From the NCBI GenBank assembly GCA_018659585.1, contig JABJMC010000023.1, forward strand, positions 5,416 through 69,415: a stretch of 64,000 nucleotides of DNA, read 5' to 3'. A program made the position numbers and the translations under genes. Below, in pieces: positions 56,101 to 64,000 of the stretch. This DNA comes from Candidatus Peregrinibacteria bacterium (GTDB lineage Bacteria > Patescibacteriota > Gracilibacteria > UBA1369 > UBA12473). Under the pieces are notes generated by a model, which was not told the DNA's origin, made no database searches, and saw nothing but the letters and a program-made list of their open reading frames with translations. The first letter of the stretch is position 1. The number at the start of each line of letters is the position of its first letter.

Positions 56101-59020
56101 TAGTATTTGGAGTAGCGGTGAAGCTTGTTTATTAACCGAAACTCTCGAAGAAGCCGAAGCTGGTGGTGGTACAATTTCACTCGAAACAGAATCTGAAATT
56201 TTTTATGTTTATAACTGTAACCAAGACGGCGGAGGCGATAACATTTATGTTTTTGAACAAGCTTATCCCGATGTTTGTCTAGCAACAATTACCACCGAAG
56301 CCCTAGGCCCTTACTGTGGCGATGGCACTCAAGACTCTGGTGAAGAATGTGATGATGGTAATAATATTGATGGCGATGGCTGTTCCGCTACTTGTACACT
56401 TGAAGTAGCGCCATACTGTGGTGATGGCACTTTGGATTCTAATGAAGAATGTGATGATGGCAATAACATTGATGGTGATGGCTGTTCCTCTACTTGTACA
56501 CTTGAAGTAGCCCCTTACTGTGGCGATGGCACCATGGATTCCGATGAAGAATGTGATGATGGCAATAATCTTGATGGTGATGGTTGTGACGCGGATTGTA
56601 CAATCCCGGCTTGTATTAGCTTATTAATCTCCCCTACTACTACTGCTAATACGACTGAAACTTTTACTATCACTCCTGACCCAACTGATTGGGCCGGACC
56701 TTGGACTTGGACTACTACCAACCCCGAAGGTCTATTCTTTAGCGATGCTACTCCAGACGCTAGTTACAATGAAATTATAGTTGAAGTAACCGAAGTAACT
56801 TACGAAGGTGGCGAAAACGACACTATCTCGGTTTACGAAGCCGGCAGTTACGCTGATGTTTGTAGTGCCTCGGCTAAAATTGATGCCACAACTCCATATT
56901 GTGGTGACGGCATAAAACAAACAGAACTTGGCGAAGAATGTGATGAAGGAGCTAATAACGGGGTTTTCGGCAGTGGATGTTCCATTAGTTGTCAAGAAGT
57001 CCCTGGTGGAGGAAGCACTCCTGATCCTACCCCCACTCCTGGAGGAGGCAGCTCTGGTGCTTGTACTTACCTTAAAATTTTCTCTCCTGAAGATTTTTGG
57101 GAAGGTGAGAATGAATATTTCTATTCCACTGGCGAAACCTTTACTTTCACTGATTTAGAGGTTGGCGATACTATTATCATTAACTTAGAAGCCCTAGACG
57201 GGATCCTTTATGACACTGATTGGAAGGGAGTCTCTGGATCTTATAGTTATGACTATAACTGGGATTACACTGGTGTTACCGAAGTTGAAATCATTAACGG
57301 CCCCGAACAAGAAGATGAAGACAACACTGCCTACGCTGAATTTACCGTTACTGATCCTGAAGCTGTTTCTATTGAAGTTATGGTCGATACAAACACTGAC
57401 TGTTCTGTTACTTTCATCCAAGAAGAAGTGGTCGAAGAACCAACTCCCGCTGAACATGATGATGGTTTAACTAAGAGTGCTTTTACTTATAATTTTGGGT
57501 GGTTTTATGCTGATGGAGGTCAAGTTGATGAATCAGAAAAAACTACCTCTAGCAGCGGTTATGGTTTTACTGGCACCGAAACTTTCGCACATGACTTTGA
57601 TTATGTTTTCTACACTCTTACTTATGACCTTTCCAGCAATCTTAATGCTTACGAAGAAGGTGACATTTTGACTATTACTGACACTATTTCTGATGATGAC
57701 GGAACCGTGGGAATTGGAGGTGTAATTGCTGACCCACATGTTAATGACACTTATGGTTGGGATAACGGAGAAATTAATTTCTATACCCCCGGCAGCGAAC
57801 CAGATGATCCAGCCGTAGTAACTAATTGGACTAATGGACAACCATTCCGGGTTTACTATTCCTCTGATGAAAGCGACATTGATGCATGTGATGGTTTTAT
57901 TACTGATACTTGTTATAGCGGCAGTGTCACTTCTGGATTAATTTTTGAAAATCTTGACGAAGCTCCAGCTGCTTACGGTGACATCGTCATTCAATATGTT
58001 GGTCGTGTTTCTAACGGAGGCTTCGATTGTGCAGCAATGGCCGCTGATCCCGAAGTTTCTTGTCCTGTTCAATATTTAGAAAACACCGCTACCGCTGATA
58101 ACGGCACCGAAACCCACACCGCCAGCGCCGACATTACTATTACTTGTCCATATTTACTCACTCAAAACGCTGGAGATATTTATTACGAAGATGATATCGA
58201 AACCTTTGATATCTCCTGCTACCAAAATTACAAGAGTAGTGACTCTGTGGCATTAACTGCTGATGATTCTTTATTAGCTCGACTTTCTAGTTACATTCTT
58301 TATCAAACTAAAGAACTTGTAAATGAACTAACTGATGTTTGGAACCGTATTAAAACTACGGACAATGATCAAATCGCTAACTTTGAGGCTGTTAGTCAAA
58401 ACACTACCAGCATCACTACTAGTCTGAATAAAACCCTCTACACAAACACTGAATATACTTACGAAGATACTTCCGAATATTACATTACTATTGATGATTT
58501 TGAATCTAACTTGAGTACTTTATATCAAACAAATCCTAAACAAAACGTTTATCGCGTTAGTGACGCTGATCTGATTTTTGATCTTGGCGCACACGCTATC
58601 CCAGGAGAAGCCTATACTTTTATTGTAGAAGGAGGCCATGACTTAATATTCAAGAGCAATCTTAATTACACAGACACTTTTGACACTAGTGATTTGGATA
58701 GCGTGCCATCCATTGCCTTTATCGTAACTGGTGGCGGCGATGTCTACATTCACGATGAAGTAACCGAAATTGTTGGTGTTTACTACATTGACGGTGGTGG
58801 TGTGATGACTGGTGAATGGACTGATCCATTTACTACCCTTACTATTTACGGTTCTGTTTACGGAAATATTAATAGTTTGCTTGGCCAACGTACTTTTGCT
58901 GGTCCAGCTAACTACAGTCACGGTAATGTCGTGCTTCGCTATGACGAACGAATTTTCCTAAACACTCCTCCGGGATTAGAGGAATATATAGATGTCACCT
59001 CAGAAAGAACTGTTCACTAA
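53177..59020 (+). CDS. giant secreted repeat protein (1947 aa) with a novel 4-Cys repeat array and myxo-type Cys-rich repeats
   Basis: N-terminal signal/anchor ([20 protein letters not shown]). Seven repeats of about 107 aa, each with four conserved Cys. Three tandem plus one isolated [22 protein letters not shown] repeats. The gene starts 27 nt after the previous giant gene. Confidence 0.85.
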   Translation: MVLLKPKIKLKSIVAIVTLLTLAASSLSFAVGRGGGGDSVSQYSSINSGETSTEIDPIDSSPNYEEITDTSCATTYHTHEHYFYANNSADYDYWLAIHGFAIVLDYDYDTNDNPAENDFLSNVDTSSLRCTVGSDYTDCPFDVETDLGTEIASGSDFYGTTVTYQELDFLPGNPRGLLWEYGTDDYTNLSDGPAWLHGRDYMWEDVPMINESISFGLTEYTEDFTATTTSYTLVEPIYIDPADDYSDWSNYHHFYTDESDPDGDGVVEADPDGDYIYWWGMNGIGRSIFTDCVDACSDLEITSPTEITADDTEGVTALEIYATDDNDTPGEWDGTYNYSSDGTCEFTTNSIYAALGFGSTELETDDTSVYVHSCTPGDTISITEIDYPVDCAASLEIGDACSELEITEPPTTITASAMDDGHVVLGIESGAVSGDAWAGEYEFSALAEDGSLSTGRFHSNYTTGLAGAGTNPYTTTNQTVHYFDGAPGDSIQVTETEYPVACYDEIDSEGLYCSRLRISPMAFTYEEASTLVTMDVRAWDQLDDAWPTTYTIEGDATCKFTEDITDVATDNGSSSLISSANTIYIYGCSSEETITVIDSEYPVACNAEAQILAEDLLCREMTGTPETITYEESLSVMELHYDAFDQNSDDWENGDYTLSSDGTCLFTETADDAANGSGVATLSTTETTAFVYGCTGGETIHIEEDSYPDDCFFEIPVDAQVLACTSMESVPTSLTYEEVQAIAEVHYDTYDQNGGDWESLYEVYSDLGTCLYTETLEEAEAGNGQDSLDSISATTVYVYGCEAGDIMRVEEIYSAYDCYVEIPISDEILYCAALSTTPTSFTYEESLEIQEVVITSSNQNSGIWDGNYEITSTNGTCLFAGTLEDAESGAVATADLSIIEEIFYVVSCDAGDTIIIEEVDYYDVCNAEIPIGVEGLYCADLSTTPTAFTYAETAEIQEVVITAGDQNNAVWDGSYSIWSSGEACLLTETLEEAEAGGGTISLETESEIFYVYNCNQDGGGDNIYVFEQAYPDVCLATITTEALGPYCGDGTQDSGEECDDGNNIDGDGCSATCTLEVAPYCGDGTLDSNEECDDGNNIDGDGCSSTCTLEVAPYCGDGTMDSDEECDDGNNLDGDGCDADCTIPACISLLISPTTTANTTETFTITPDPTDWAGPWTWTTTNPEGLFFSDATPDASYNEIIVEVTEVTYEGGENDTISVYEAGSYADVCSASAKIDATTPYCGDGIKQTELGEECDEGANNGVFGSGCSISCQEVPGGGSTPDPTPTPGGGSSGACTYLKIFSPEDFWEGENEYFYSTGETFTFTDLEVGDTIIINLEALDGILYDTDWKGVSGSYSYDYNWDYTGVTEVEIINGPEQEDEDNTAYAEFTVTDPEAVSIEVMVDTNTDCSVTFIQEEVVEEPTPAEHDDGLTKSAFTYNFGWFYADGGQVDESEKTTSSSGYGFTGTETFAHDFDYVFYTLTYDLSSNLNAYEEGDILTITDTISDDDGTVGIGGVIADPHVNDTYGWDNGEINFYTPGSEPDDPAVVTNWTNGQPFRVYYSSDESDIDACDGFITDTCYSGSVTSGLIFENLDEAPAAYGDIVIQYVGRVSNGGFDCAAMAADPEVSCPVQYLENTATADNGTETHTASADITITCPYLLTQNAGDIYYEDDIETFDISCYQNYKSSDSVALTADDSLLARLSSYILYQTKELVNELTDVWNRIKTTDNDQIANFEAVSQNTTSITTSLNKTLYTNTEYTYEDTSEYYITIDDFESNLSTLYQTNPKQNVYRVSDADLIFDLGAHAIPGEAYTFIVEGGHDLIFKSNLNYTDTFDTSDLDSVPSIAFIVTGGGDVYIHDEVTEIVGVYYIDGGGVMTGEWTDPFTTLTIYGSVYGNINSLLGQRTFAGPANYSHGNVVLRYDERIFLNTPPGLEEYIDVTSERTVH
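54050..56308 (+). repeat. seven tandem in-frame repeats of about 107 aa (321 nt period) with four conserved cysteines
   Basis: Consensus: L-x-C-x-x-L-x-x-x-P-x-x-(I/F)-T-Y-E-E...W-x-G-x-Y...(D/N)-G-T-C-x-F-T-E...(I/V)-Y-V-Y-G-C...E-x-x-Y-P-x-x-C. Units 6 and 7 start at 55661 and 55982 (exactly 321 nt apart) and share identical runs such as gaaattcaagaagttgtaatcaca. Confidence 0.75.
56309..56611 (+). repeat. three tandem 102-nt (34-aa) Cys-rich repeats (Myxococcus-type cysteine-rich repeat / DUF4215-like)
   Basis: The units start at 56309, 56411 and 56513. Each encodes [17 protein letters not shown](I/L)DGDGC...C and they are highly similar at the DNA level. Confidence 0.8.
56894..56992 (+). 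repeat. fourth, diverged copy of the Cys-rich repeat
   Basis: [33 protein letters not shown]. Confidence 0.65.
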
Positions 59021-59035
59021 CAGGTGGGAGGGAAG

Positions 59036-59190
59036 ACTTAAGGTTAACAAAAAAGAGTTGTTTTTCGCAACGAATCAATTATCGGAGCGGAGCGGGCTTG
59101 GTGTTGCGAAGCAACCCGCGACGCGAGATCATAGGTCGCGTTCGCCGCTGGAGCGAACGACGACCGATGGTGAGTGCGAAAAGCCGACTC
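59036..59190 (+). ncRNA. candidate structured RNA of unknown class (or an unusually elaborate terminator region)
   Basis: A 13-bp Watson-Crick helix pairs 59036-59048 with 59177-59189 and stacks on an 8-bp helix (59052-59059 with 59165-59172). Next comes a 5-bp helix (59071-59075 with 59154-59158). These enclose hairpins GTTGC-GAA-GCAAC (59093-59105) and GTTCGC-CGCTGGA-GCGAAC (59130-59148), plus CGCGAC/GTCGCG (59107-59112 with 59125-59130). The core 59071-59176 is 68/106 G+C by my count, against AT-rich flanks. The strand is assigned from the 3' T-tract and G-U pairs and is uncertain. Confidence 0.45.
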
Positions 59191-59247
59191 TTTTTTGTTG
59201 AATACTCGGAATCTTTCCTTCCATCTGTTTTGTGGTACACTTCGGGC

Positions 59248-60222
59248 ATGAGCAACATAGTCCTCTTATTCGGCGAAGACCAATTTGGCATCCACGAAAA
59301 ATTAGACTTCTGGAAAGCCAAATTTATCGAAAAATATGAAGGAGATATCAACTTAGACGAGTTCGAAGGAAATACGCCCCCCAACCAGATTATCGAAGCC
59401 GCGGAATCAGTCCCCTTTTTAGGAGAAAAACGTTTAATTGTTGTTAAAGACTTTTTAAAAACTCAAGACGCTGATAGTCAAAAAAAGATGGTGGATTTAT
59501 TAAATAAAGTTCCAGAATTCACGACTTTAGTTTTCTTAGAATTAACTCCCCCAGATCGTCGAAAATCTCTATTCAAAAAACTACAAAAACAAGCTCGTTT
59601 AGAAGAATGCAAATCTTTAATTGGCAATGACTTAACCGAATGGATTATCAGTCGAGTCAAAGCTTTAAACAGTGAAATCGAATGGGGTCCAGCCACTTAT
59701 TTAGGCAGCCTTATTGGAAATGACTCCTGGCGCCTAAAAAACGAAATCGAAAAACTAGCCACTCATACGCAAGGAAAAGCCATTACCCGCGAAACAATTG
59801 ATAAAATGGTTAGTGGGAGCGCCAACACCACGGTTTTCAAACTTACAGATTCCCTTGGCCAACGGCGCGCCGAAGAAGCCATTAATTTATTCCACACTCT
59901 CGTCGAAAAAGGCGAAGCCATTCCCATGATTTTCTCCATGCTAGTACGTCAATTTAGAATGATTATTCAGATTAAAGAACTACAATCCCAAGGCATGGCC
60001 CACGCTCAAATTGCCTCTAAAATCAAACAACATCCTTACGCCGTTACCTCCATGGCTAGCCAAACTGCAAATTTCTCCGAAAAAGAATTAGAAATCATTT
60101 ACCACAAACTCCTCCAAATCGATCGCGGCCTAAAAACCGGCGAATTTCGTTACCAGGTCTCGGACCAACGTGAATTCATGCTCCAGATAGAAAAGTTTAT
60201 CTTGGAGTGTTGTGCTAAATAA
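59248..60222 (+). CDS. holA: DNA polymerase III delta subunit
   Basis: About 324 aa from MSNIVLLFGEDQFG. Delta-like pattern (FLGEKRLIVVKD, helical C-terminal domain). The first 50 codons of track ORF 59098..60222 translate the GC-rich structured element and are rejected. Confidence 0.7.
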   Translation: MSNIVLLFGEDQFGIHEKLDFWKAKFIEKYEGDINLDEFEGNTPPNQIIEAAESVPFLGEKRLIVVKDFLKTQDADSQKKMVDLLNKVPEFTTLVFLELTPPDRRKSLFKKLQKQARLEECKSLIGNDLTEWIISRVKALNSEIEWGPATYLGSLIGNDSWRLKNEIEKLATHTQGKAITRETIDKMVSGSANTTVFKLTDSLGQRRAEEAINLFHTLVEKGEAIPMIFSMLVRQFRMIIQIKELQSQGMAHAQIASKIKQHPYAVTSMASQTANFSEKELEIIYHKLLQIDRGLKTGEFRYQVSDQREFMLQIEKFILECCAK

Positions 60223-60234
60223 AACCCTAAAACA

Positions 60235-60263
60235 TTGACAAAACAACAACTCTATTTTAAGGT
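60235..60263 (+). promoter_or_regulatory. candidate promoter for the GNAT-like gene
   Basis: TTGACA (60235-60240), a 17-nt spacer, then TAAGGT (60258-60263). Confidence 0.35.
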
Positions 60264-60289
60264 ACTTCCCAAAAACTAATTAATTCACT

Positions 60290-60961
60290 GTGCCGAGTCT
60301 AAGCACTCATCCTGCTGGATCCACCCCCATACCAGAAATTCATCCTCTAAATGGGATGATGTATCAACGTTTTGGTTTGATTTTTGATGTTAAACGAGCG
60401 AATAAAAATGGTCTAGAATATATTACAAATGTCCACACTCCCGACGGACAAAAAGTCGGTTTTTTTTGTTTCCGAATCTCTAACCCCACTTCTGATCAAC
60501 CCCAAACTGTATTCATGGGAATACTAGTAACTCCTGAATTTCGAGGACGAGGAATTTCTAATATTTTTATGAACGAAATTTCTCAACTAAGCCAACTTAT
60601 GGGCATTCCCTTTAATCAAACATCTAAGCAATTTAAACCCTTAATGTGTGCCCTCCTTACTAAGCATGGTTTTACACCAGCAAATAAACCAAACAGCTGT
60701 CACGCCGCTATAGTCGGAAAATCAGATGGACCCACCGCCCCTGTATTTTTTGGGCATAAAAAAGGAGAAGCCCATTTTAGAAGATCAAAACTATATACTC
60801 GCGCTACAAATTATGAAATCGTAGATTCTATCGAAGATATTCGAGATGGGATAGATGTTATATTAGGATCCCGCTATCTTCTAACAGATCGCGCCAAAAT
60901 GCGCGCCAAACTAAAACAAACCTCTGCTTGGGATCCCACTCTTAAACCGACTACAGCGTAG
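60290..60961 (+). CDS. hypothetical protein with a GNAT-like acetyltransferase motif
   Basis: The segment ILVTPEFRGRGISNIFMNEI resembles GNAT motif A (V.P..RG.GI). The start is uncertain (GTG at 60290, or ATG at 60353/60356). The 3' end overlaps convergent gatA by 11 nt. Confidence 0.45.
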   Translation: MPSLSTHPAGSTPIPEIHPLNGMMYQRFGLIFDVKRANKNGLEYITNVHTPDGQKVGFFCFRISNPTSDQPQTVFMGILVTPEFRGRGISNIFMNEISQLSQLMGIPFNQTSKQFKPLMCALLTKHGFTPANKPNSCHAAIVGKSDGPTAPVFFGHKKGEAHFRRSKLYTRATNYEIVDSIEDIRDGIDVILGSRYLLTDRAKMRAKLKQTSAWDPTLKPTTA

Positions 60962-62411
60962 GCCTCTTTGTATGCCAATCTGTGACTTGCTGGAACGCAT
61001 GCCCAACATTTAAAATACGTCCTTCTTCGAACTGCGGCCCAATAATCTGCAAACCAATTGGTAAGCCTTTTTTGGAAAAACCACACGGCACAGACAAACC
61101 TGGCACACCAGCCGCCGAAGCTGGGATAGTCAAAGCATCCGCCATATACATAGCCAACGGATCATCTTTTGCCCCCGCCTTAAAAGCCGGAAAAGGCGAT
61201 ACTGGCGCACAAATCACATCCACATTTTTAAACGCATTATTAAAATCTTCAATAATTTTAGTACGGACTTTTTGCGCTTTTTTATAATAGGCATCGTAAT
61301 AACCCGCTGATAACACATAAGTCCCCATCATAATCCGACGTTTAATTTCTGGGCCAAATCCCACGGATCTTTGCTTAAAATAATAATCAATCAAATCTTC
61401 ACCTTCATCATCTGGTTTAGACCCAAACCGAACACCATCAAAACGCGCTAAATTAGCCGAAAGTTCAGCTGGAGTCGCAATGTAATACATGGCCACCGCG
61501 TATTTAGTCATTGGCAAACTAATATCATGGACTTCTGCCCCTTGAGCTTCGAGTTGCTTAATAGCTGCTAACACCGATTCTTTCACATCATCTTCGACCC
61601 CTTCTATAAAATACTCTTTAGGAATTCCAATTTTCAAACCTTTCACGTCTCCAGATAATAAACTAGCGTAATCTGGCACCTCTTGAGGTGGTGTAGTCAT
61701 ATCATTTGGGTCCTGACCAGCCATAGCCTGCAAAACATACGCCAAATCCTCAGCTGTTTTTGCAATCGGGCCAATTGTATCCCAAGAAGAAGCAAAGGCT
61801 GTTACGCCCGAACGCGAAACTCGACCATAAGTCACTTTTAAACCAGAAACAGAACAAAAAGAAGCTGGCTGCCTGATTGAACCACCCGTATCTGTTCCAA
61901 TCGCAAATAAACATGTATCTGCCGCAACTGCAGCCACAGATCCCCCCGATGATCCTCCGGCTACTCGCTCTAAATCCCAAGGATTCTTGGTATATCCAAA
62001 ACACGAATGTTCGGTCGAAGCACCACACGCAAATTCATCTAAATTCGTTTTACCAAGCATCACCATTCCGGCTTCCTTTAATTTCTTAACAGCCGTGGCG
62101 TCATAAGGTGGCACAAAATCTTTTAACCCCGGCGAACAAACTGTAGTTTTCACCCCTTCGGTGTTCAAAATATCTTTTATTCCCGCCGGGATCCCCTCCA
62201 AAATTCCAATTCCCTTTCCTTTTGCAATTTTCGCATCCACTTCTTTTGCCGCCTTTATAGCCACATCCTCAGTCACTGTCACATAAGCATTCAAATCTCC
62301 ATTCACTTCCTTTGTCCTCTCTAAACACGCTTGCGCCAATTCCTCGGCTGAAAACTTTTTTGTTTTCAATCCCTCATGAGCTTGCTTAATTGTTTGCGTA
62401 AAAAGCGTCAT
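60951..62411 (-). CDS. gatA: Asp-tRNA(Asn)/Glu-tRNA(Gln) amidotransferase subunit A
   Basis: 486 aa. Amidase signature (GGSSGGSVAAVAA, GTDTGGSIRQPASFC). Confidence 0.93.
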   Translation of the reverse strand: MTLFTQTIKQAHEGLKTKKFSAEELAQACLERTKEVNGDLNAYVTVTEDVAIKAAKEVDAKIAKGKGIGILEGIPAGIKDILNTEGVKTTVCSPGLKDFVPPYDATAVKKLKEAGMVMLGKTNLDEFACGASTEHSCFGYTKNPWDLERVAGGSSGGSVAAVAADTCLFAIGTDTGGSIRQPASFCSVSGLKVTYGRVSRSGVTAFASSWDTIGPIAKTAEDLAYVLQAMAGQDPNDMTTPPQEVPDYASLLSGDVKGLKIGIPKEYFIEGVEDDVKESVLAAIKQLEAQGAEVHDISLPMTKYAVAMYYIATPAELSANLARFDGVRFGSKPDDEGEDLIDYYFKQRSVGFGPEIKRRIMMGTYVLSAGYYDAYYKKAQKVRTKIIEDFNNAFKNVDVICAPVSPFPAFKAGAKDDPLAMYMADALTIPASAAGVPGLSVPCGFSKKGLPIGLQIIGPQFEEGRILNVGHAFQQVTDWHTKRPTL

Positions 62412-62419
62412 ATAAAAAA

Positions 62420-62707
62420 CTACATTACTGATTTAACTTTGATTTGGTCATTCTCAATTGGTAATTCTGTGCATGCCAAAAGTGCGGCTGGATCCACGCT
62501 CGTTTTAACTTCATCTTCACGATAAACATTCTTAAGACCCGTCACCTGCGAAGTTGGCTCCACATTATCGGTATCAACCTCATTTAAACAATCCATATAC
62601 TCAAAAACAGCGGAAAGCTGCTTGGAAAACACCTCAACTTCATTTTCGTCAAGAGAAAGACGCGCCAATTTTGCCACATGCCGAACCTGATCTTTGGAAA
62701 TTTTCAT
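62420..62707 (-). CDS. gatC: Asp-tRNA(Asn)/Glu-tRNA(Gln) amidotransferase subunit C
   Basis: 95 aa. MKISKDQVRHVAKLARLSLDENE start, located immediately upstream of gatA. Confidence 0.88.
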   Translation of the reverse strand: MKISKDQVRHVAKLARLSLDENEVEVFSKQLSAVFEYMDCLNEVDTDNVEPTSQVTGLKNVYREDEVKTSVDPAALLACTELPIENDQIKVKSVM

Positions 62708-62745
62708 GATTTGAGTCTAACCTAAAAACGTGTAAAATAAAACCC

Positions 62746-63039
62746 ATGAATACTGTTGCTAATGTAAAAAAAGTTGCGCTCCTTTTCTTCATCTTATTTA
62801 CCGGTGGACATATCCTGTCAACGCTCATGTTGGCGAACGATTATTTTAGTGATACTATGCGCATCCTCAACGGGACTCTAGATATCCCCGCGATTCTTTC
62901 TGGCTTACTCTACGGTTTTACCAGTCTTAAACTCTATTTAGAAGACATGGGAAAACACACTAAACCATTTGATTTAGTAGCCGGAATCCTAGGAGGAATT
63001 ATCCTCTTAGCACTCCTTTACGTTAATTTTCTCCTTTAA
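62746..63039 (+). CDS. small integral membrane protein
   Basis: 97 aa with three hydrophobic helices and no recognisable motif. Confidence 0.5.
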   Translation: MNTVANVKKVALLFFILFTGGHILSTLMLANDYFSDTMRILNGTLDIPAILSGLLYGFTSLKLYLEDMGKHTKPFDLVAGILGGIILLALLYVNFLL

Positions 63040-63486
63040 ATGAAAAAGAAAGTAATAGCCTTTGGAACCTTTGATTATCTGCACGCTGGGCACGAGAACT
63101 ATTTAAAAAAAGCCGCTGAACTTGGAGACCAATTAATTGTGGTGATTGCTCGCGACCGCACTGCTAACAGTATCCGCGGCAAATATCCAGATCACAAAGA
63201 AAAAAAACGTCTCGCTACTGTTAAGGCTTTACCTTTTGTCACCAAAGCAGTCTTGGGTGATCTCGAAGACAAATACAAAGTTCTCAAAAAACATAAACCC
63301 GATATAATTGCTTTAGGCTACGACCAATTTGTTTTCACCCAACAACTTTCCAAAATACTAATTGGACTTAAATTAAATTCAAAAATCACCCGTTTAAAAC
63401 CATACAAACCAGAAATGTATAAGAGTTCTCTTATCCGCAAAACCTCCCTCAAATGTCCTTCACCGTCCCTTTCCAGCGCAGCCTAA
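63040..63486 (+). CDS. ribL: cytidylyltransferase-fold FMN adenylyltransferase, archaeal RibL type
   Basis: 148 aa. KVIAFGTFDYLHAGHENYLKKAAELGDQLIVVIARD...KPDIIALGYDQ parallels archaeal RibL as I recall it (GTFD.LH.GH nucleotidyltransferase motif). Confidence 0.7.
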   Translation: MKKKVIAFGTFDYLHAGHENYLKKAAELGDQLIVVIARDRTANSIRGKYPDHKEKKRLATVKALPFVTKAVLGDLEDKYKVLKKHKPDIIALGYDQFVFTQQLSKILIGLKLNSKITRLKPYKPEMYKSSLIRKTSLKCPSPSLSSAA

Positions 63487-64000
63487 AAATGGCCATTGGT
63501 AACCTGTGGCGTAATAAATTATTAACCACAGCCACTATTTTGGTAATGGGACTTATTTTGTTTATTTTCAATGTGATTTTTATGGTGAATGTTTTGGCTA
63601 ACCAAGCCATCGACAGTTTAGAATCCAAAGTAGATATGATTTTTTATTTAGAAGACACGGCTGACATCTTGGTTGTAAATCAATTAGTCCAAGATTTAGA
63701 AGCTCTCCCCGAAACCGACATAGTCACTTACCTTACCAAAGAAGAAGCCCTCCAAACCTTACTCGAAAAATACAAAGAATCCGGTGAAGCTGATCCTTTT
63801 GAAACTTATGGACTCGATAACCCTTTACCAGCCAGTATTCACTTAACAACTCACGAGGCAGCAGACCAAGAAACAATCTTAAGTTATCTGCTGCAAACCC
63901 ATTACGACACGGTTTTAATGGATATTGAAAGTAACGAAGAAAACCGCCAAATTGTTCAAAATTTAATTCAAATCACTGTTTTTACGCGCAAATTACTCCT
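63453..64000 (+). CDS. ftsX: cell-division permease FtsX-like, 3' end cut by the window edge
   Basis: The open frame runs to the window end: MSFTVPFQRSLKMAIGNLWRNKLLTTATILVMGLILFIFN (first TM), then a periplasmic alpha/beta domain. The ATG at 63453 is preceded by CCTCCCTC; an alternative ATG is at 63489. The gene is absent from the ORF track because no stop lies within the window. Confidence 0.65.
   Translation, partial: MSFTVPFQRSLKMAIGNLWRNKLLTTATILVMGLILFIFNVIFMVNVLANQAIDSLESKVDMIFYLEDTADILVVNQLVQDLEALPETDIVTYLTKEEALQTLLEKYKESGEADPFETYGLDNPLPASIHLTTHEAADQETILSYLLQTHYDTVLMDIESNEENRQIVQNLIQITVFTRKLL

Noticed and set aside
56309-56611. Tandem 102-nt direct repeats considered as a CRISPR-like or satellite array
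   Set aside because: The repeats are contiguous with no spacers, lie in frame within a long ORF, and encode a recognisable Cys-rich protein repeat.
59036-59190. Assigning the structured element to a known class (SRP RNA, hammerhead ribozyme, fluoride riboswitch, retron msr/msd)
   Set aside because: There are only superficial resemblances (GAAGCA near a loop, GATGGTGAG...CGAAA, flanking inverted repeats). The conserved cores as I recall them (SRP GNAR loop with AGCA/GGAA context, hammerhead CUGAUGA...GAAA junction, fluoride-riboswitch 3' CCUAC-type segment) are absent. No reverse transcriptase gene is adjacent.
59098-59247. N-terminal 50-codon extension of the holA ORF in the track (MVLRSNPRREIIGRVRRWSERRPMV...)
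   Set aside because: The Arg-rich translation comes from the GC-rich structured element. A conserved-looking HolA N-terminus (MSNIVLLFGEDQFG) begins at the ATG at 59248.

Overview
This 64 kb window is a densely packed, AT-leaning bacterial chromosome segment read with the standard genetic code. I call about 45 protein genes and one tRNA-Arg(UCG). I saw no rRNA, CRISPR array, transposase or integrase. The housekeeping genes are tgt, ruvA, ruvC, glmS, pyk, gpmI, secDF, priA, trpS, pyrG, lgt, greA, rpoD, dnaG, asnS, truB, a murE-like gene, holA, gatCA and ftsX. Many of them are chained by 1-nt or 4-nt start/stop overlaps. Several enzymes look archaeal or are split: an archaeal-type TIM, a RibL-type FAD synthetase plus a stand-alone riboflavin kinase, and a split ManC. 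This gene content suggests a streamlined Candidate Phyla Radiation (Patescibacteria) genome, possibly Peregrinibacteria-like; that placement is inference only. About 40 percent of the window is large orphan or surface proteins: a 1264-aa acidic orphan, a 457-aa orphan, three SLH-anchored envelope proteins around the tRNA, and an 11.8 kb tandem pair of giant genes (1976 aa without a signal peptide, 1947 aa secreted and Cys-repeat-rich). The observations I rank highest are: (1) the giant gene pair; (2) a GC-rich, roughly 155-nt multi-helix element just downstream of it, a candidate structured RNA of unknown class; (3) CCCUCC-type pyrimidine boxes in place of Shine-Dalgarno sequences upstream of many start codons, including inside upstream coding sequence; and (4) a parvulin PPIase domain embedded in SecDF. 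All functional calls come from reading the translated ORFs for motifs. No database search was run.
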